This document shows, in pieces, positions 20,047 through 31,283 of a DNA stretch of 64,000 nucleotides. The notes beneath the pieces were generated by a model, which saw only the letters and a program-made list of their open reading frames with translations, made no database searches and was not told the origin of the DNA. How positions within the stretch are numbered: the first letter of the stretch is position 1; every line of letters begins with the position of its first letter. Both the position numbers and the translations under genes were made by a program. Source of the stretch: Methanobacteriota archaeon (lineage in GTDB: Archaea > Thermoplasmatota > Thermoplasmata > Thermoplasmatales > ARK-15); contig WSBC01000004.1 of NCBI GenBank assembly GCA_009758405.1, positions 114,634 through 178,633 on the forward strand, in the 5' to 3' direction.

Positions 20047-20811
20047 TTACCTTTTTTCAAGGTCCTCGCCACCAGAATATGTCAACTGTATATTGCTATA
20101 AACGTCCTCCATTCCCCTGAGATCCCTAGAGGAAACAAAAAGAGGTTTAAAATTAACCCCAAGTGATTCCATTGCCTTGAACATCTCCAGTGCATACTCT
20201 TTTATCATACTCTGCCTTTCTTGTCTAAGATCCATATAGAGGGTATCCACATCCTCAGACCAAGACCTGATTTTAAATATTTCAGAATCATCAAGGAGGT
20301 CTATCTTGTTAATTATGTTTACATATGGCAAATAAAATCTGAAAAAAACAGAAGCTGAAAGGGTGAGCAATGATACATATCCTGAAGGGGAAATTGCAAG
20401 CATTGGATCCATAATAAATGCCATATAACTCTCCCTTTCGGATAGACCTCTTATTATGAGATCGCTAGATGTTCTAAAGGCAAACAATTCTAGCTGCCCC
20501 GGGGTGTCTATTATTGCATAATCTGCATCCATTGAAACTATTTCTTCCCTAATTTCATCAATCTCTGATGCAATCAGATCTGATGCTAGTATTTGTGCAC
20601 CATTTGGTCCAAGAGAATATTCTTCCATGATGTCCTGAAGCTGGTACCAGTCCCTGACATCCACATCCGGTCTATAGGGTATGTTCTCAACCCCAGGGTC
20701 TAAGTTAACGGTAATTGCCTCATACTGATTATTTCTCATCCATTCCTGAAGGGCATAGGTGAATGTGGACTTCCCAGAGCCTGCAGGTCCTGTAACATAA
20801 ATATATATCAT
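20047..20811 (-). CDS. GPN-loop GTPase
   Basis: GPAGSGKST, NLDPG, LGPNG, DTPGQ and NKID. Confidence 0.93.
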   Translation of the reverse strand: MIYIYVTGPAGSGKSTFTYALQEWMRNNQYEAITVNLDPGVENIPYRPDVDVRDWYQLQDIMEEYSLGPNGAQILASDLIASEIDEIREEIVSMDADYAIIDTPGQLELFAFRTSSDLIIRGLSERESYMAFIMDPMLAISPSGYVSLLTLSASVFFRFYLPYVNIINKIDLLDDSEIFKIRSWSEDVDTLYMDLRQERQSMIKEYALEMFKAMESLGVNFKPLFVSSRDLRGMEDVYSNIQLTYSGGEDLEKR

Positions 20812-23800
20812 ATAAAATCCTCCAGTTTTTTTCCATTAGATTTCTGTTGTTGTTCCTCAACAAATAATGTTCTTATTGCTTGCTCTGCAAAAAGGAGTCT
20901 CTGCCTTGTATAAGTACTTATCTTATACTCCTCTGAAATATCCTTTGCTATATCTAAGTACTTAGTTATTCCGCCCTCTGATATTGTAAGAACTATGTTC
21001 CCTCCACATTCACATTTACCAGTTAGAGGCATCCTCCTGTACCTCCTGTTACATTTAGAACATCTGAATTCCTGAGTGCCATACTTTCTCATATTTCCCA
21101 TTATGTCTGGAATGAAATGGTGTGAAACAATTCTGTTTGCAACATCCTTAGCATCTACTGCTCTGATCTTTTTTGCAAGAAGAAGTTGTGCATTTGTTTT
21201 CTTTTCCATTTCACCAAGTGTTTTGTATGCGCTCTCCAGTACTCCAATATTAATGTTGTTTGTATCGTGTGTGAATCCATAATCAATATATTCCTTACCT
21301 TTACCGAGCCTTTCTTTTATTGTTTCCATTTTTGAATTTATTTCCGATGGCTTTGCATTTCTTATTGAGGCTTCAAAAAATTCTAATGGATAATTAAACA
21401 TTATATCAACATTCAATGCCTCCTTATCCACCTCTCTTGGATCAACCCTGAGGGAGAGGAAAAGTGGAGCATCCATTAGGCTACCTCTTGAGGAGGGAAG
21501 ATAGTGCCTTGAAAAGTTTATCAATGCATCCAACAATAGCATTACAGAGTCCTCATCCCCATCACAGTTTCTTCTCTTCGCAGCATGATAAAATGGATGA
21601 GCAAAACATGCCTGGGCATCAGTATAACCTATAATCCTTGCAAGTATTGCACCTGATGTATGTGGTGAAAGACCCATCACAAGATGACCTATTAGATCTT
21701 CAATATTCCTTGCTTTATAATATGGTTCAAGACCATAATACCTTTGAAGAAGATCATCTATAAACCTTGAGACGCTCAGTAGGTACTCACCACCCCTTTT
21801 AGAAATTATTATATCCTGAGGGAAAATCTGCAAAACCTGCCCACCATCCCTCAATTCATTGCCGTAAATATCCTTGGTATAACCAAGCTCTCTAGCCCTT
21901 TCAACTGACAAACCAATCTCACGTGGTTTAAAATGTGTAATTGCCAGGTTACTCATATCAAACCTGGATGTACCATCCTTGAAAACCCAGACATTATGCA
22001 TTGCTCTCAGTATTCCCTTCTCCAGTGGCTCGGGCAAACTTTCCCTTGAAATCAGGCCCTTTACACCCTTAACATCGAAATCATAATCTACTATCCCTAA
22101 GTTATCCAATGCTCTCCTGAACTCCTCAGCTATGGGTATTTCTATTTTTTCTGTTTTTCCAGTGAACACAGTTCTGGTACCGCATTTTTCGCACCTTACC
22201 TTATATGTCTTTCTTTTACACCTCGGGCAAACCCTTACTCCTGCTTCTACAGAAACTATCTCATTAGAATTTTCAGTCAACAATGAAATCGATCTTCTTT
22301 TACCGATTGTTTCACCAATTGGGAATAGCACATTCACTGGTGGTTTCATTTTTCTTTCCGCTGCCTTCTCGGGTCTCCCCATTCTTGCTCCTACTCTGGT
22401 AGGCGCTCTGGGCATCACCTTTATTCCAGAAAATTTTTCAAGTAATTCAAAAACATCCTTTACATCATTTTCCCACTTCATTTTCTCAATTATTTTTCCA
22501 TTATTTTCACCTAAACCTAGGAAATTTATCAACACATCTAAATATCTCTCAATTATATATCCATCTCTATCCCTGTGTAAAACTCCAAGTGTGCAAAGGA
22601 TCTCCTTAATTTCATCATTCCTTTTTAAAATCAGTCTTCCTTCCTCAATCCTTCCATTTGAGATTATATGATCCCTCAACTTCTTTAATTCCTCTAAGCT
22701 TATATCGTGCCAGAAAAGGTTGAAGTCAGGATGGATGGGTATTCCATATTTTTTTGAAATCTCATAGGCCTCACTAAATGTTATTTTATCTAACTTTCCC
22801 AATCCCTTGGATGAGGCAATTGCATTCCACCATTCACGTGTAAAGGATCCCCTTTTTAATGGATAATTGTTTTCAAGGAATTCACCAAATGGAATTAGAA
22901 TCTCGCCATTATCATATATCTTTACTACCCTTCTTGATATTTCCATTGCTTCTTTATATGTATTAACCTGAACAAGGTCACCATTATCTAGCAAAACTAT
23001 AGGACCCTCTATGCTATCACAAGAAGTTATACCTGCAGCCTTTCCAGGGAATTCCAATTTCAGCTGTGTACCTATTGCTATGAAGTTGTCCATCAACACC
23101 ATGGATGCGGGATTTATGGATACTGTGGCAAGACCTCCCGTCCTGCATCTTCCATATCTCAGCCTGAAACCGCCCTTCATATCGGAATGTGAAAAAACAG
23201 GTCTTCCTGCAACTATATCCTCAATATATCTCTCTGAGGATTCACTCAAGCTATCGGATTTCTCTTGCCTAATAAGATTATCAAGGAATCCCCATCCATC
23301 AACATTCATTTTTTCTACAATGCCCTTTAATTTCCTTGCCTTCTGTATTATACCCTCTGCTACAACCAGGCACATTCCGCCCCTTACCCTGTTTGTCTCA
23401 ATCCCTGGTAAGTCCCTGAAGCCTGACACCTCTGTATCCAATGTTCCCTCTCCATCTATGCACACTGGGCAATTTTTTATTGTTTCTTCAACCTCTGTTG
23501 TAGAGGGCTGGTATTGTAAATGCTCTACATTCCCATATATTTGTATCTCTTCTTTATATCTCTCCACAATCTCAGGTGTTGGTTTAAATTGCCCAAGACC
23601 AAGGTCCCTCCTCACAATATCACCTATCAGTACACTAAGTGCCTGAGCAGTACCACCTGCACCCCTTATGGGTCCTGAATAATAAATTGAAAGATATTCT
23701 GTTCCATCGGCGTTTTTCTTAATCTTTACATCAGTGATTCCCTCCAGTGGTGCCACCAATATGCCTTCTGTTAATATGGCAAGACCTATCCTCACTGCCA

Positions 23801-24083
23801 AATCAAGTGCCTTTATTCTATCCTCAGAAAATTTCTTTGCTATTTCCTTTGCAGCCATTATGCTTACTGTCTCCCTATCATATTTTTTTGAATATTCCCT
23901 TATGATATTTGCCACACCCTCTATACCAAATAATTTTTCAACCCTTGATGCTAGATCCTCCGCCATAGGAATTTCAACATGATCCTCTGGATCTTTACCC
24001 ATTTCCCTTGCTTTTTCAGCAATTTCATAACATTTTTTAGCGTTTTCTTCAAGATTTTTGAAATAATAATCCATATGGATCAC
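20808..24083 (-). CDS. polC: DNA polymerase D large subunit DP2
   Basis: GPIRGAGGT, GGFRLRYGR, catalytic RRNCDGDED and C-terminal Zn finger; no intein evident. Confidence 0.97.
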   Translation of the reverse strand: MIHMDYYFKNLEENAKKCYEIAEKAREMGKDPEDHVEIPMAEDLASRVEKLFGIEGVANIIREYSKKYDRETVSIMAAKEIAKKFSEDRIKALDLAVRIGLAILTEGILVAPLEGITDVKIKKNADGTEYLSIYYSGPIRGAGGTAQALSVLIGDIVRRDLGLGQFKPTPEIVERYKEEIQIYGNVEHLQYQPSTTEVEETIKNCPVCIDGEGTLDTEVSGFRDLPGIETNRVRGGMCLVVAEGIIQKARKLKGIVEKMNVDGWGFLDNLIRQEKSDSLSESSERYIEDIVAGRPVFSHSDMKGGFRLRYGRCRTGGLATVSINPASMVLMDNFIAIGTQLKLEFPGKAAGITSCDSIEGPIVLLDNGDLVQVNTYKEAMEISRRVVKIYDNGEILIPFGEFLENNYPLKRGSFTREWWNAIASSKGLGKLDKITFSEAYEISKKYGIPIHPDFNLFWHDISLEELKKLRDHIISNGRIEEGRLILKRNDEIKEILCTLGVLHRDRDGYIIERYLDVLINFLGLGENNGKIIEKMKWENDVKDVFELLEKFSGIKVMPRAPTRVGARMGRPEKAAERKMKPPVNVLFPIGETIGKRRSISLLTENSNEIVSVEAGVRVCPRCKRKTYKVRCEKCGTRTVFTGKTEKIEIPIAEEFRRALDNLGIVDYDFDVKGVKGLISRESLPEPLEKGILRAMHNVWVFKDGTSRFDMSNLAITHFKPREIGLSVERARELGYTKDIYGNELRDGGQVLQIFPQDIIISKRGGEYLLSVSRFIDDLLQRYYGLEPYYKARNIEDLIGHLVMGLSPHTSGAILARIIGYTDAQACFAHPFYHAAKRRNCDGDEDSVMLLLDALINFSRHYLPSSRGSLMDAPLFLSLRVDPREVDKEALNVDIMFNYPLEFFEASIRNAKPSEINSKMETIKERLGKGKEYIDYGFTHDTNNINIGVLESAYKTLGEMEKKTNAQLLLAKKIRAVDAKDVANRIVSHHFIPDIMGNMRKYGTQEFRCSKCNRRYRRMPLTGKCECGGNIVLTISEGGITKYLDIAKDISEEYKISTYTRQRLLFAEQAIRTLFVEEQQQKSNGKKLEDFI

Positions 24084-24421
24084 TATTTCAAAAGATCGGA
24101 AATAAGTAGCTTGTCCCTTAATGAAGCCCTCACAATTATCTTCTTTGAAATGTATGCAGTAAGTGCATCAAGCTCCTTGTTTAAAATTTTATCAAACGTG
24201 TCCTTTTCTAATTCTATCTCAATATCTGGTTTGTCAAAAGGATCAACAAAGGCTAATTTTCCATTTTCTAAATAAAGATAATATTTCCCGTTATCCTTAA
24301 AATTTATGAATATTTTCCTCTTAAGATCCTTTATATCATCATATAGCCTTCTATCCTCTGATGATCTTTTGTTAAATTTTTCAACAAGTTCCTCAATCTT
24401 ATCCATCCATCTCACCATCAT
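24083..24421 (-). CDS. SCP2 sterol-binding domain protein
   Basis: PDIEIE....TF..IL..ELDALTAY..KKI.V pattern typical of SCP2. Confidence 0.75.
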   Translation of the reverse strand: MMVRWMDKIEELVEKFNKRSSEDRRLYDDIKDLKRKIFINFKDNGKYYLYLENGKLAFVDPFDKPDIEIELEKDTFDKILNKELDALTAYISKKIIVRASLRDKLLISDLLK

Positions 24422-25046
24422 AAAATAAATCCAAACTTGTATTAATTTTTTTTAATGTACCCCATGACCTCCTTACTATGGGTGGGAATGATCCATTAAT
24501 TTTAAAATAATCTTTCAGAAATTTTATTGTCCTTGGATCAGATGGATATCCTGAGCCAAAATCACCATATACCTCCTTGAGCTTTTCCACTTCCCTATCC
24601 CTTATCACCTTTGCAACTATAGAGGCAGCTGAAACTATAGGAAAATCTCTATCCGCATGGTGCTTTGAAATTATTTTCGCTTGAACATGTGTATTTTTCC
24701 TTATAGTTTCAGCAAACCTTTCTTCATCAACGTCGGCCGCATCAACATAATATATATTTTCACCCAATTTATCTATGATCCTTGCAAAATACATAGCCTC
24801 AATATCATTCAATGTATATTCCTTTCTTAATCTGTCAATCTCATCTGGAGATAGAATCTCAATCTCATATGCGTTTGATAATTCAATTATTCTTGGATAT
24901 AATTTTTCCCTACTATTTCTTGAAAGAGCTTTAGAATCCTTTACCTTCAATGGAATAATCTTTTCTACTTCAGCACATAGGCCACATATTACCAAAGGGC
25001 CAATTACCGGCCCCCTTCCCGCCTCATCAATTCCACAATTTATCAT
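24399..25046 (-). CDS. rnhB: Ribonuclease HII
   Basis: GIDEAGRGPVIGP, DSK, SAASIVAKV and GSGYPSDP. Confidence 0.97.
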   Translation of the reverse strand: MINCGIDEAGRGPVIGPLVICGLCAEVEKIIPLKVKDSKALSRNSREKLYPRIIELSNAYEIEILSPDEIDRLRKEYTLNDIEAMYFARIIDKLGENIYYVDAADVDEERFAETIRKNTHVQAKIISKHHADRDFPIVSAASIVAKVIRDREVEKLKEVYGDFGSGYPSDPRTIKFLKDYFKINGSFPPIVRRSWGTLKKINTSLDLFYDGEMDG

Positions 25047-25420
25047 TTACCGGCATTCTCTTTAATTATCTCCTCTAGGTTATCTAGAACAAAGCTCAAC
25101 ACTATATCTGCTCTTGGATATATTTCATCCTCGGTAATCTCTTCTCCATAAAAGTCCTTTATTGCATTGTAAATGGATTCACCAATAACATCATCCGCTT
25201 CCATTCCCTTGGAAATATTCTCAAGAGCAAGATTTACTACCTTGTCCATAAATTTATCTGTTATTATAAATTCATCATTGGCTGATGAAAAGATACCGTG
25301 CCTTTCCATATCTAGTAAAAATGCAAGTGTAAATTCACTCAAAGTCTCCTCGAGAAAATCTATGTATTCATCCTTTTCGTTTTTTTCTGTCTTGGGTTTA
25401 TTTTGTCTTTTATTAGCCAT
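25043..25420 (-). CDS. Hypothetical acidic protein
   Basis: 125-aa ORF overlapping the rnhB start; TATA-like element about 25 nt upstream. Confidence 0.7.
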   Translation of the reverse strand: MANKRQNKPKTEKNEKDEYIDFLEETLSEFTLAFLLDMERHGIFSSANDEFIITDKFMDKVVNLALENISKGMEADDVIGESIYNAIKDFYGEEITEDEIYPRADIVLSFVLDNLEEIIKENAGK

Positions 25421-25539
25421 GATTACTTAAATGGTTTTCCATATAAAACTTTTCCTATTCTTACATCGATGAAATGTTAAGAGGATTAAATCCATGAGGA
25501 TTTAGTTTCAATAATTTTTATGTGAAATCTTTATAGATA

Positions 25540-26217
25540 CTATTTCATTAAATATTCCTTTATTTCTTTTAAAAAATCAATAAATTCCTCTCTTTTAACC
25601 CTTCCAGTGTTTACATTCCTCGGGCTCGGGTGATAATGCATAAAAACTCTTACACCATTTATATCAATATATGATCCATTTACAAACTCATCCTTTATAT
25701 TAATCCCCTTCTCCCTATAATACATTTTGAGAGATTGGAATGCCACCCTTCCTAGAACTAAAATCGCCCTAAGGTTTCTCATAGTATCTATCTCGAATTT
25801 AAGATATGGCAGGCAATTTTTCATTTCTTCGGGTGTAGGTCTATCGTTTGGAGGTACACATTTTACAACAGCAGTAACATAAGTATCATAATATATTAAG
25901 CCATCTTCCCTACTAATAGAACTACCTTTATTTGTAAATCCAACCTCATAAAGGCAGGATACAAGAAATTCTGCACTCTTATCACCCGTAAATATCCTGC
26001 CAGTCCTGTTTCCACCTGTGGCTGCAGGTGCAAGACCTAGTATGAGAAACTTACCATTATGATCACCATAACCCGGTACGGGCTTGCTCCAGTAGTTTTC
26101 TCCAAAGTATCTATTTTTTCTTTCCGATACTCTTACCCTAAATTCAACTAACCTTGGGCATTTTTCACATCTTACAAGAAATTTATTCATTTCTTCAAGA
26201 TCCTTGAACATTTTCAA
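25540..26217 (-). CDS. Uracil-DNA glycosylase family 5 ([4Fe-4S])
   Basis: CEKCPRL, GLAPAATGGNRTGR and HPSPRN. Confidence 0.9.
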   Translation of the reverse strand: MKMFKDLEEMNKFLVRCEKCPRLVEFRVRVSERKNRYFGENYWSKPVPGYGDHNGKFLILGLAPAATGGNRTGRIFTGDKSAEFLVSCLYEVGFTNKGSSISREDGLIYYDTYVTAVVKCVPPNDRPTPEEMKNCLPYLKFEIDTMRNLRAILVLGRVAFQSLKMYYREKGINIKDEFVNGSYIDINGVRVFMHYHPSPRNVNTGRVKREEFIDFLKEIKEYLMK

Positions 26218-28175
26218 TAAAGCCTTATTGATTCAAGATTCCTTGGCGAAATTGAATTAAAACCAAATTTATAGCTAAAGGTACCCGCCAGGTATTCGCA
26301 ATTCTCATTATCACCATGACATGTAATTATCCTGTTTGGCTTTGGAGACATGGAGGTAATGTACTGTATAAGCTGTTTTCTATCCGCATGTCCAGAGAAT
26401 CCTTCAACAGTTATTACCTGAAGATTGATATCTATGTTCACCATGGTTCCCTTTCTTGGCAGGGAAACACTCTTTACACCAGATTGAATTTTTCTTCCCA
26501 AGGTTCCCTCTGCCTGATAACCTACAAATAAAAGTGCATTCTTAGGATCATCGGCAAGGTTCATAAAATATTCCAGTACTGGTCCACCGTTCATCATGCC
26601 TGAGGTGGCAAGTATTACGGCAGGTTCCTGGTCATCTATTATCTTTTCTCTTGTTTCCGATGTATCCACCCTAACAAATATATCTGAAAGGAATGGGTTA
26701 TCTGTTTTTTTAAACATCCTTTCCCTTAGATCTCGATTGAGATATTCTGGATAGGCAGCATGAATTGCAGTTGCTTCCCATATCATTCCATCTAAATATA
26801 CTGGTACCTTTGAAATTTCATTTTTCCTCATATAATCCTCAAGAACCACCATCACCTCCTGGCTCCTTCCCACTGCAAAAACAGGGATTAAAACCTTTCC
26901 CCTTCTGTTAATAACATCCTGGACAACATTTTTTAAATTTTCACTTGCCTCTTTCCTTGTGGGCTGAAAATTGTCCTTTCCACCGTAGGTGGATTCAATT
27001 ACCACAGTCTCAGCCCTAGGAAACCTGTTTGTAGCAGGAGAAAATAGCCATGTTTTCTCAAACTTTATATCGCCTGTTATTACAACATTATGAAGTCCCT
27101 CTCCTATGTGAAAATGTGCAACAGATGAGCCAAGAATATGACCAGCATTATGAAATGTTAATCTAACATCAGGTGTAATGTCCGTGGTTTCGCCATATTC
27201 AATAGTTATTGTTCTTTTAAGCATCTCTTTTATGTCCTTGAAATCGTAGGGTACCTTATTGCCTTCTGCATGTGCCAGTTTAATATAATCCATTTGTAAG
27301 AGAACTGCTAGGTCTCTGGTAGGAAGCGTTAAATAAACTGGGCCCTTGTAATTATACTTGTATAGAAAAGGTATGAGGCCTGAATGGTCAATGTGGGCAT
27401 GCGTAAGAACAACAGCATCAAGATATTTGAATGGATTATTTTCATTCTGAAACGCATCCTGTGACCATACCTCTGGAACATAGAGATATGGAATACCCGA
27501 CCAGGGCTCATTTCCTTGAACATTTGCCACATTTACCCCACAATCAACCAAAATCCTACTATTTCTTGTCATGAGAAGAGTGGCGGATCTCCCCACCTCC
27601 CTGTAACCACCTAGTGCAATTATTCTAACCCAGTTTTCTCCCTGTAACACAGGTCTATTCAATTTTTTTCCAATCTCCCTGAGGAACTCTCTTCTCATAT
27701 CCTTGTTTTCCTTGAGGAATTCTCTTACCTCTGTAACTATTCTGGATGGTATGGGGGGTGTTCTTATTACTTTGGGTGCCCATTTTATCCTCTTTTTAAT
27801 TTCATTTAATAAATAACCTTCCTTACCTATTACCAGACCTGGAGCTTCAGCAGCAATTACCACCTCACAGGTTTCAGGCTCAAAATAAATATCTGATACC
27901 CCTGCCTCAGGTGGAACAATCTTCATTATTTCCTCCCTTGCCTCATTCTCATCCATAAGAATTGATGGATCAGGCCTTATAGAAATTCTCCTCCTAATTT
28001 TTTGTGCTATTTGCTTTACAACATCAGGATTTTCAGTGAAAAAATCAATATCTTTAGTATAAACAACGATAATTGAGGCTTCAAAATCTATGCTAGTGAT
28101 GTTGATTGATGGTGCATATTCAAGAACGGCCATTTTCGTCTGTTCCAGTATATCCTCCCATTCTCCCGCAAACAT
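26214..28175 (-). CDS. fttA: Beta-CASP ribonuclease aCPSF1 / transcription termination factor FttA
   Basis: Two KH domains, THAHIDH, AGHILGS and FSGHAD; adjacent to psmB. Confidence 0.95.
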   Translation of the reverse strand: MFAGEWEDILEQTKMAVLEYAPSINITSIDFEASIIVVYTKDIDFFTENPDVVKQIAQKIRRRISIRPDPSILMDENEAREEIMKIVPPEAGVSDIYFEPETCEVVIAAEAPGLVIGKEGYLLNEIKKRIKWAPKVIRTPPIPSRIVTEVREFLKENKDMRREFLREIGKKLNRPVLQGENWVRIIALGGYREVGRSATLLMTRNSRILVDCGVNVANVQGNEPWSGIPYLYVPEVWSQDAFQNENNPFKYLDAVVLTHAHIDHSGLIPFLYKYNYKGPVYLTLPTRDLAVLLQMDYIKLAHAEGNKVPYDFKDIKEMLKRTITIEYGETTDITPDVRLTFHNAGHILGSSVAHFHIGEGLHNVVITGDIKFEKTWLFSPATNRFPRAETVVIESTYGGKDNFQPTRKEASENLKNVVQDVINRRGKVLIPVFAVGRSQEVMVVLEDYMRKNEISKVPVYLDGMIWEATAIHAAYPEYLNRDLRERMFKKTDNPFLSDIFVRVDTSETREKIIDDQEPAVILATSGMMNGGPVLEYFMNLADDPKNALLFVGYQAEGTLGRKIQSGVKSVSLPRKGTMVNIDINLQVITVEGFSGHADRKQLIQYITSMSPKPNRIITCHGDNENCEYLAGTFSYKFGFNSISPRNLESIRLY

Positions 28176-28204
28176 TATAACGCCTTCTATGGTTTAAAAT
28201 TAAT

Positions 28205-28840
28205 TTAGATTAACTTTAATTTTTTCATCCTTTTCTTAACTTCTTCATCATCAAGTTTTACAAATCCATCCTTTTCCGTTATTGTTGCAACATCAATACC
28301 ATCGCCAGATGCTGCATCCCTTTTCATTGCTGCACTGATTCCCCTAATTGCTAAATTTATTCCATCATCCAGTGTAATTTGATCGTTGTATGAATCTTCA
28401 AGAACACCGTATACAAATAAGGATCCTGATCCTGCGCTCACATATTTATCTTCAATAGAACCACCTGCAGCATCTAGTGAAAAAACATGATAACCCCTTG
28501 AATCATATCCACCAACTATAAGACTAACATAATATGGATAAAATTTACTTTGATTAAGTATATTTGAAAGCATAGTTGCAGCTGCCTGAACAGTCATGGG
28601 AACCTTATTTTTAAGCCTATAAAGCTCGGCCTCTGCCCTCAAATACCTTACAAGGACCTGCAGATCCCCCACAAGCCCTGCAGTAGTCATGCCAATATAT
28701 TTGTCTATCATAAACAACTTCTGCGTGATCTTGTGAGCAATAAAAGTATCCATTGTTGCCCTCCTCTCCGTAGCAAGTATTACTCCTTCCTTTGTCACAA
28801 TACCAACCGTTGTGGTACCAGTCTTTAATCTCTCTTCCAT
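28205..28840 (-). CDS. psmB: Proteasome subunit beta
   Basis: Propeptide followed by G/TTTVG; GSGS; RDAASG. Confidence 0.96.
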   Translation of the reverse strand: MEERLKTGTTTVGIVTKEGVILATERRATMDTFIAHKITQKLFMIDKYIGMTTAGLVGDLQVLVRYLRAEAELYRLKNKVPMTVQAAATMLSNILNQSKFYPYYVSLIVGGYDSRGYHVFSLDAAGGSIEDKYVSAGSGSLFVYGVLEDSYNDQITLDDGINLAIRGISAAMKRDAASGDGIDVATITEKDGFVKLDDEEVKKRMKKLKLI

Positions 28841-28923
28841 AAAAATTTCACCCTTTAAGAACTAGATAATTATATTATATTTAAAACTTATTTTAAAAAA
28901 ATTAAAAATTTAAAAAAAGGGGC

Positions 28924-30174
28924 TTATGCCCAGCCCCTAATCCTCACTGCATCTGCTACCCTTTTAACCGCCACAATATATGCAGCTGTTCTAGGCTCTA
29001 CCTTATACTTCTCCATTGCATCCATTACGTCCCAGAATGCCTTTGTCATCTTCTGATCAAGCCTCTGATAGACCTCGTCCAGTGTCCAATAGTATCCATT
29101 TATGTTCTGAACCCACTCAAAGTATGAAACTGTCACACCGCCTGCATTTGCGAGGAAATCTGGTATATCTAATATTCCCTTCTTATAAAGTATTTCATCA
29201 GCCTCAGGTGTTGTAGGTCCATTTGCAAGCTCAAGTACAATCTTTGCTTTTATTTTATCTGCATTTTTACCTGTAATCTGATTTTCGAGGGCAGCAGGTA
29301 TAAGCACATCAACCTTGAGCTCAAGAAGCTCCTCATTTGTTATATTCTTTGTTCCAGGGAAGTTTACAACAGATCCTGTCTTCTCCTTGTGTTCAAGAAC
29401 CTTCTCAAAGTCAAGTCCTTTTTCACAATATATGCCACCCTTAGAGTCACTAACTGCAACTACTTTTGCACCGAACATCTCAGTAACAAGTTTGTGTGCA
29501 AATTGTCCTGCGTTTCCATAACCCTGAACTGCAACTGTGGCCTTGCTTAGGTCAAGCTTTATCTTCTTCGCTGCCTCTCTCAAGCAATACATTCCACCTT
29601 TAGCAGTAGCATCTCCCCTTCCAAGGGATCCACCAACTTCAAGTGGCTTACCAGTAATAACACCAGGTGCATTATATCCTACGATTTTTGAATACTCATC
29701 CATCATCCATGCCATTATCTGGGGAGTTGTATAAACATCTGGTGCAGGTATGTCCTTTTCTGGTCCTATAAACCTTCCAATTGCCCTAATATATCCCCTT
29801 GAAAGCCTTTCTATTTCGCCTTCACTCATGGATTTTGGATCACAAATTACTCCTCCCTTTGCTCCTCCATATGGAATATCTACTACAGATGTCTTCCATG
29901 TCATCCAGGCTGCAAGCGCCTTAACTGTATCCAATGTCTCCTGAGGATGGAATCTTATTCCTCCCTTTGTGGGTCCCCTTGCATCATTGTACTGAACCCT
30001 AAAGCCCTTAAATATTTTCACACTTCCATCGTCCATCTTCACAGGTATTGTTACCTCCAATACTCTCATAGGTTCCCTCAAAAATGCATGTAATGCTGGA
30101 TCCAGTTTCATCACTTTTGCTGCCTTGTCAAGCTGTTCTTGCGCTATTTTAAACGGATTTAATTCTTCTGCCAT
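28924..30174 (-). CDS. gdhA: Glutamate dehydrogenase
   Basis: [26 protein letters not shown] and [12 protein letters not shown]. Confidence 0.96.
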   Translation of the reverse strand: MAEELNPFKIAQEQLDKAAKVMKLDPALHAFLREPMRVLEVTIPVKMDDGSVKIFKGFRVQYNDARGPTKGGIRFHPQETLDTVKALAAWMTWKTSVVDIPYGGAKGGVICDPKSMSEGEIERLSRGYIRAIGRFIGPEKDIPAPDVYTTPQIMAWMMDEYSKIVGYNAPGVITGKPLEVGGSLGRGDATAKGGMYCLREAAKKIKLDLSKATVAVQGYGNAGQFAHKLVTEMFGAKVVAVSDSKGGIYCEKGLDFEKVLEHKEKTGSVVNFPGTKNITNEELLELKVDVLIPAALENQITGKNADKIKAKIVLELANGPTTPEADEILYKKGILDIPDFLANAGGVTVSYFEWVQNINGYYWTLDEVYQRLDQKMTKAFWDVMDAMEKYKVEPRTAAYIVAVKRVADAVRIRGWA

Positions 30175-30364
30175 ATTTTATCACCCCAACGGGCGATGGT
30201 ATATAGCATTGAAATATATTAAGTATTGCTTAACATATGCTAGCAATTAGCTTTCAAATTTATCCATTTTCCAGAGTTTGTTTAACAAATATCTTCGTTT
30301 TCTTGAGATAATTTGGAAATTTTTCAGTAAGAATTAAATAATGAATTTTAAATAAGATCCTAAA

Positions 30365-30724
30365 GGCTTTGTAGAAATTTTATCTAGGGATCGTAATTAC
30401 CATCATCTGCTCCCATCTTTTGACTGGATCATTGCTTCACCTAATGGTCCTTTTACTTATTCAAAGTATTAGGTAATAGATTTAAGTGCTAACATTAAAA
30501 AAATATTATTTAAGAAATAAATATAAGGATTTCTATCATAATTAAGGGATTGCAGATGGAATTAATAGAAAAGGTATATTAATTAAAATAAATCCTGGTA
30601 TTTGATTAGCTCGATTAATAGAATCAATTCCAGAAAGAATTTAATTATGAAATTTTTGTTATGCAACACTCACAAAATAAATAAAATAATAAATCATTCT
30701 TTTTAAAAAGGATTTCTACTAGGC
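30365..30724. mobile_element. MITE copy 2
   Basis: Ends GGCTTTGTAGAAAT...AGGATTTCTACTAGGC; internal sequence colinear with the other copies. Confidence 0.85.
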
Positions 30725-30771
30725 TTTTAATTCAAAAATATTTAATATTAGAGAATCATTTAATTGTTTGT

Positions 30772-31281
30772 ATGGAGATCAAACAGCTCGTGGAGGCGGC
30801 ACTTTTTGCATCTGATGAACCCTTAAAGGTATCTGATATTGCAGGAAACCTGATGATTGAAAAGAAGGCAATATACAAGGCATTGAAGGACCTTAAAAAA
30901 GAGTATGATGAAAGGGGGAGTGCGATGGAGATTGTCAAGATTGGTCAGAGGTACATAATGCAGTTAAGGGAAGGATATAGAGATATTGCAAATAAATTCG
31001 GTAAACCTGAGCTTGACAAGGATGTCCTTAAGACTCTTGCGGTCATAGCTTATTATCAGCCTATAAAACAGAGTATATTAAGAGAATTGATTGGTGAAAA
31101 GGTATACGAGCATGTTGATCTTCTTAAAAAGAAGAGGCTAATTTCCTCTAGAACTCATGGAAAGACAGAGTTATTATCAGTTACAAAAAATTTCAGCGTA
31201 TATTTTGGAATTGATGCTAAGGATCCACAGAGCATAAAAAGGTATCTGGCTGAGAAACTGAACCTTAAGCTGGAGGGATAA
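30772..31281 (+). CDS. scpB: SMC-Scp complex subunit ScpB
   Basis: VEAALFAS.EPL; LKTLAVIAYYQP; T..F..YFG. Confidence 0.92.
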   Translation: MEIKQLVEAALFASDEPLKVSDIAGNLMIEKKAIYKALKDLKKEYDERGSAMEIVKIGQRYIMQLREGYRDIANKFGKPELDKDVLKTLAVIAYYQPIKQSILRELIGEKVYEHVDLLKKKRLISSRTHGKTELLSVTKNFSVYFGIDAKDPQSIKRYLAEKLNLKLEG

Positions 31282-31283
31282 AT

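Noticed and set aside
20808..24083. Intein in DP2
   Set aside because: Length is ordinary and the catalytic RRNCDGDED is uninterrupted; no splicing or LAGLIDADG motifs were seen.
30772..31281. scpB without scpA/smc as a novel system
   Set aside because: scpB is commonly unlinked from smc-scpA in archaea.
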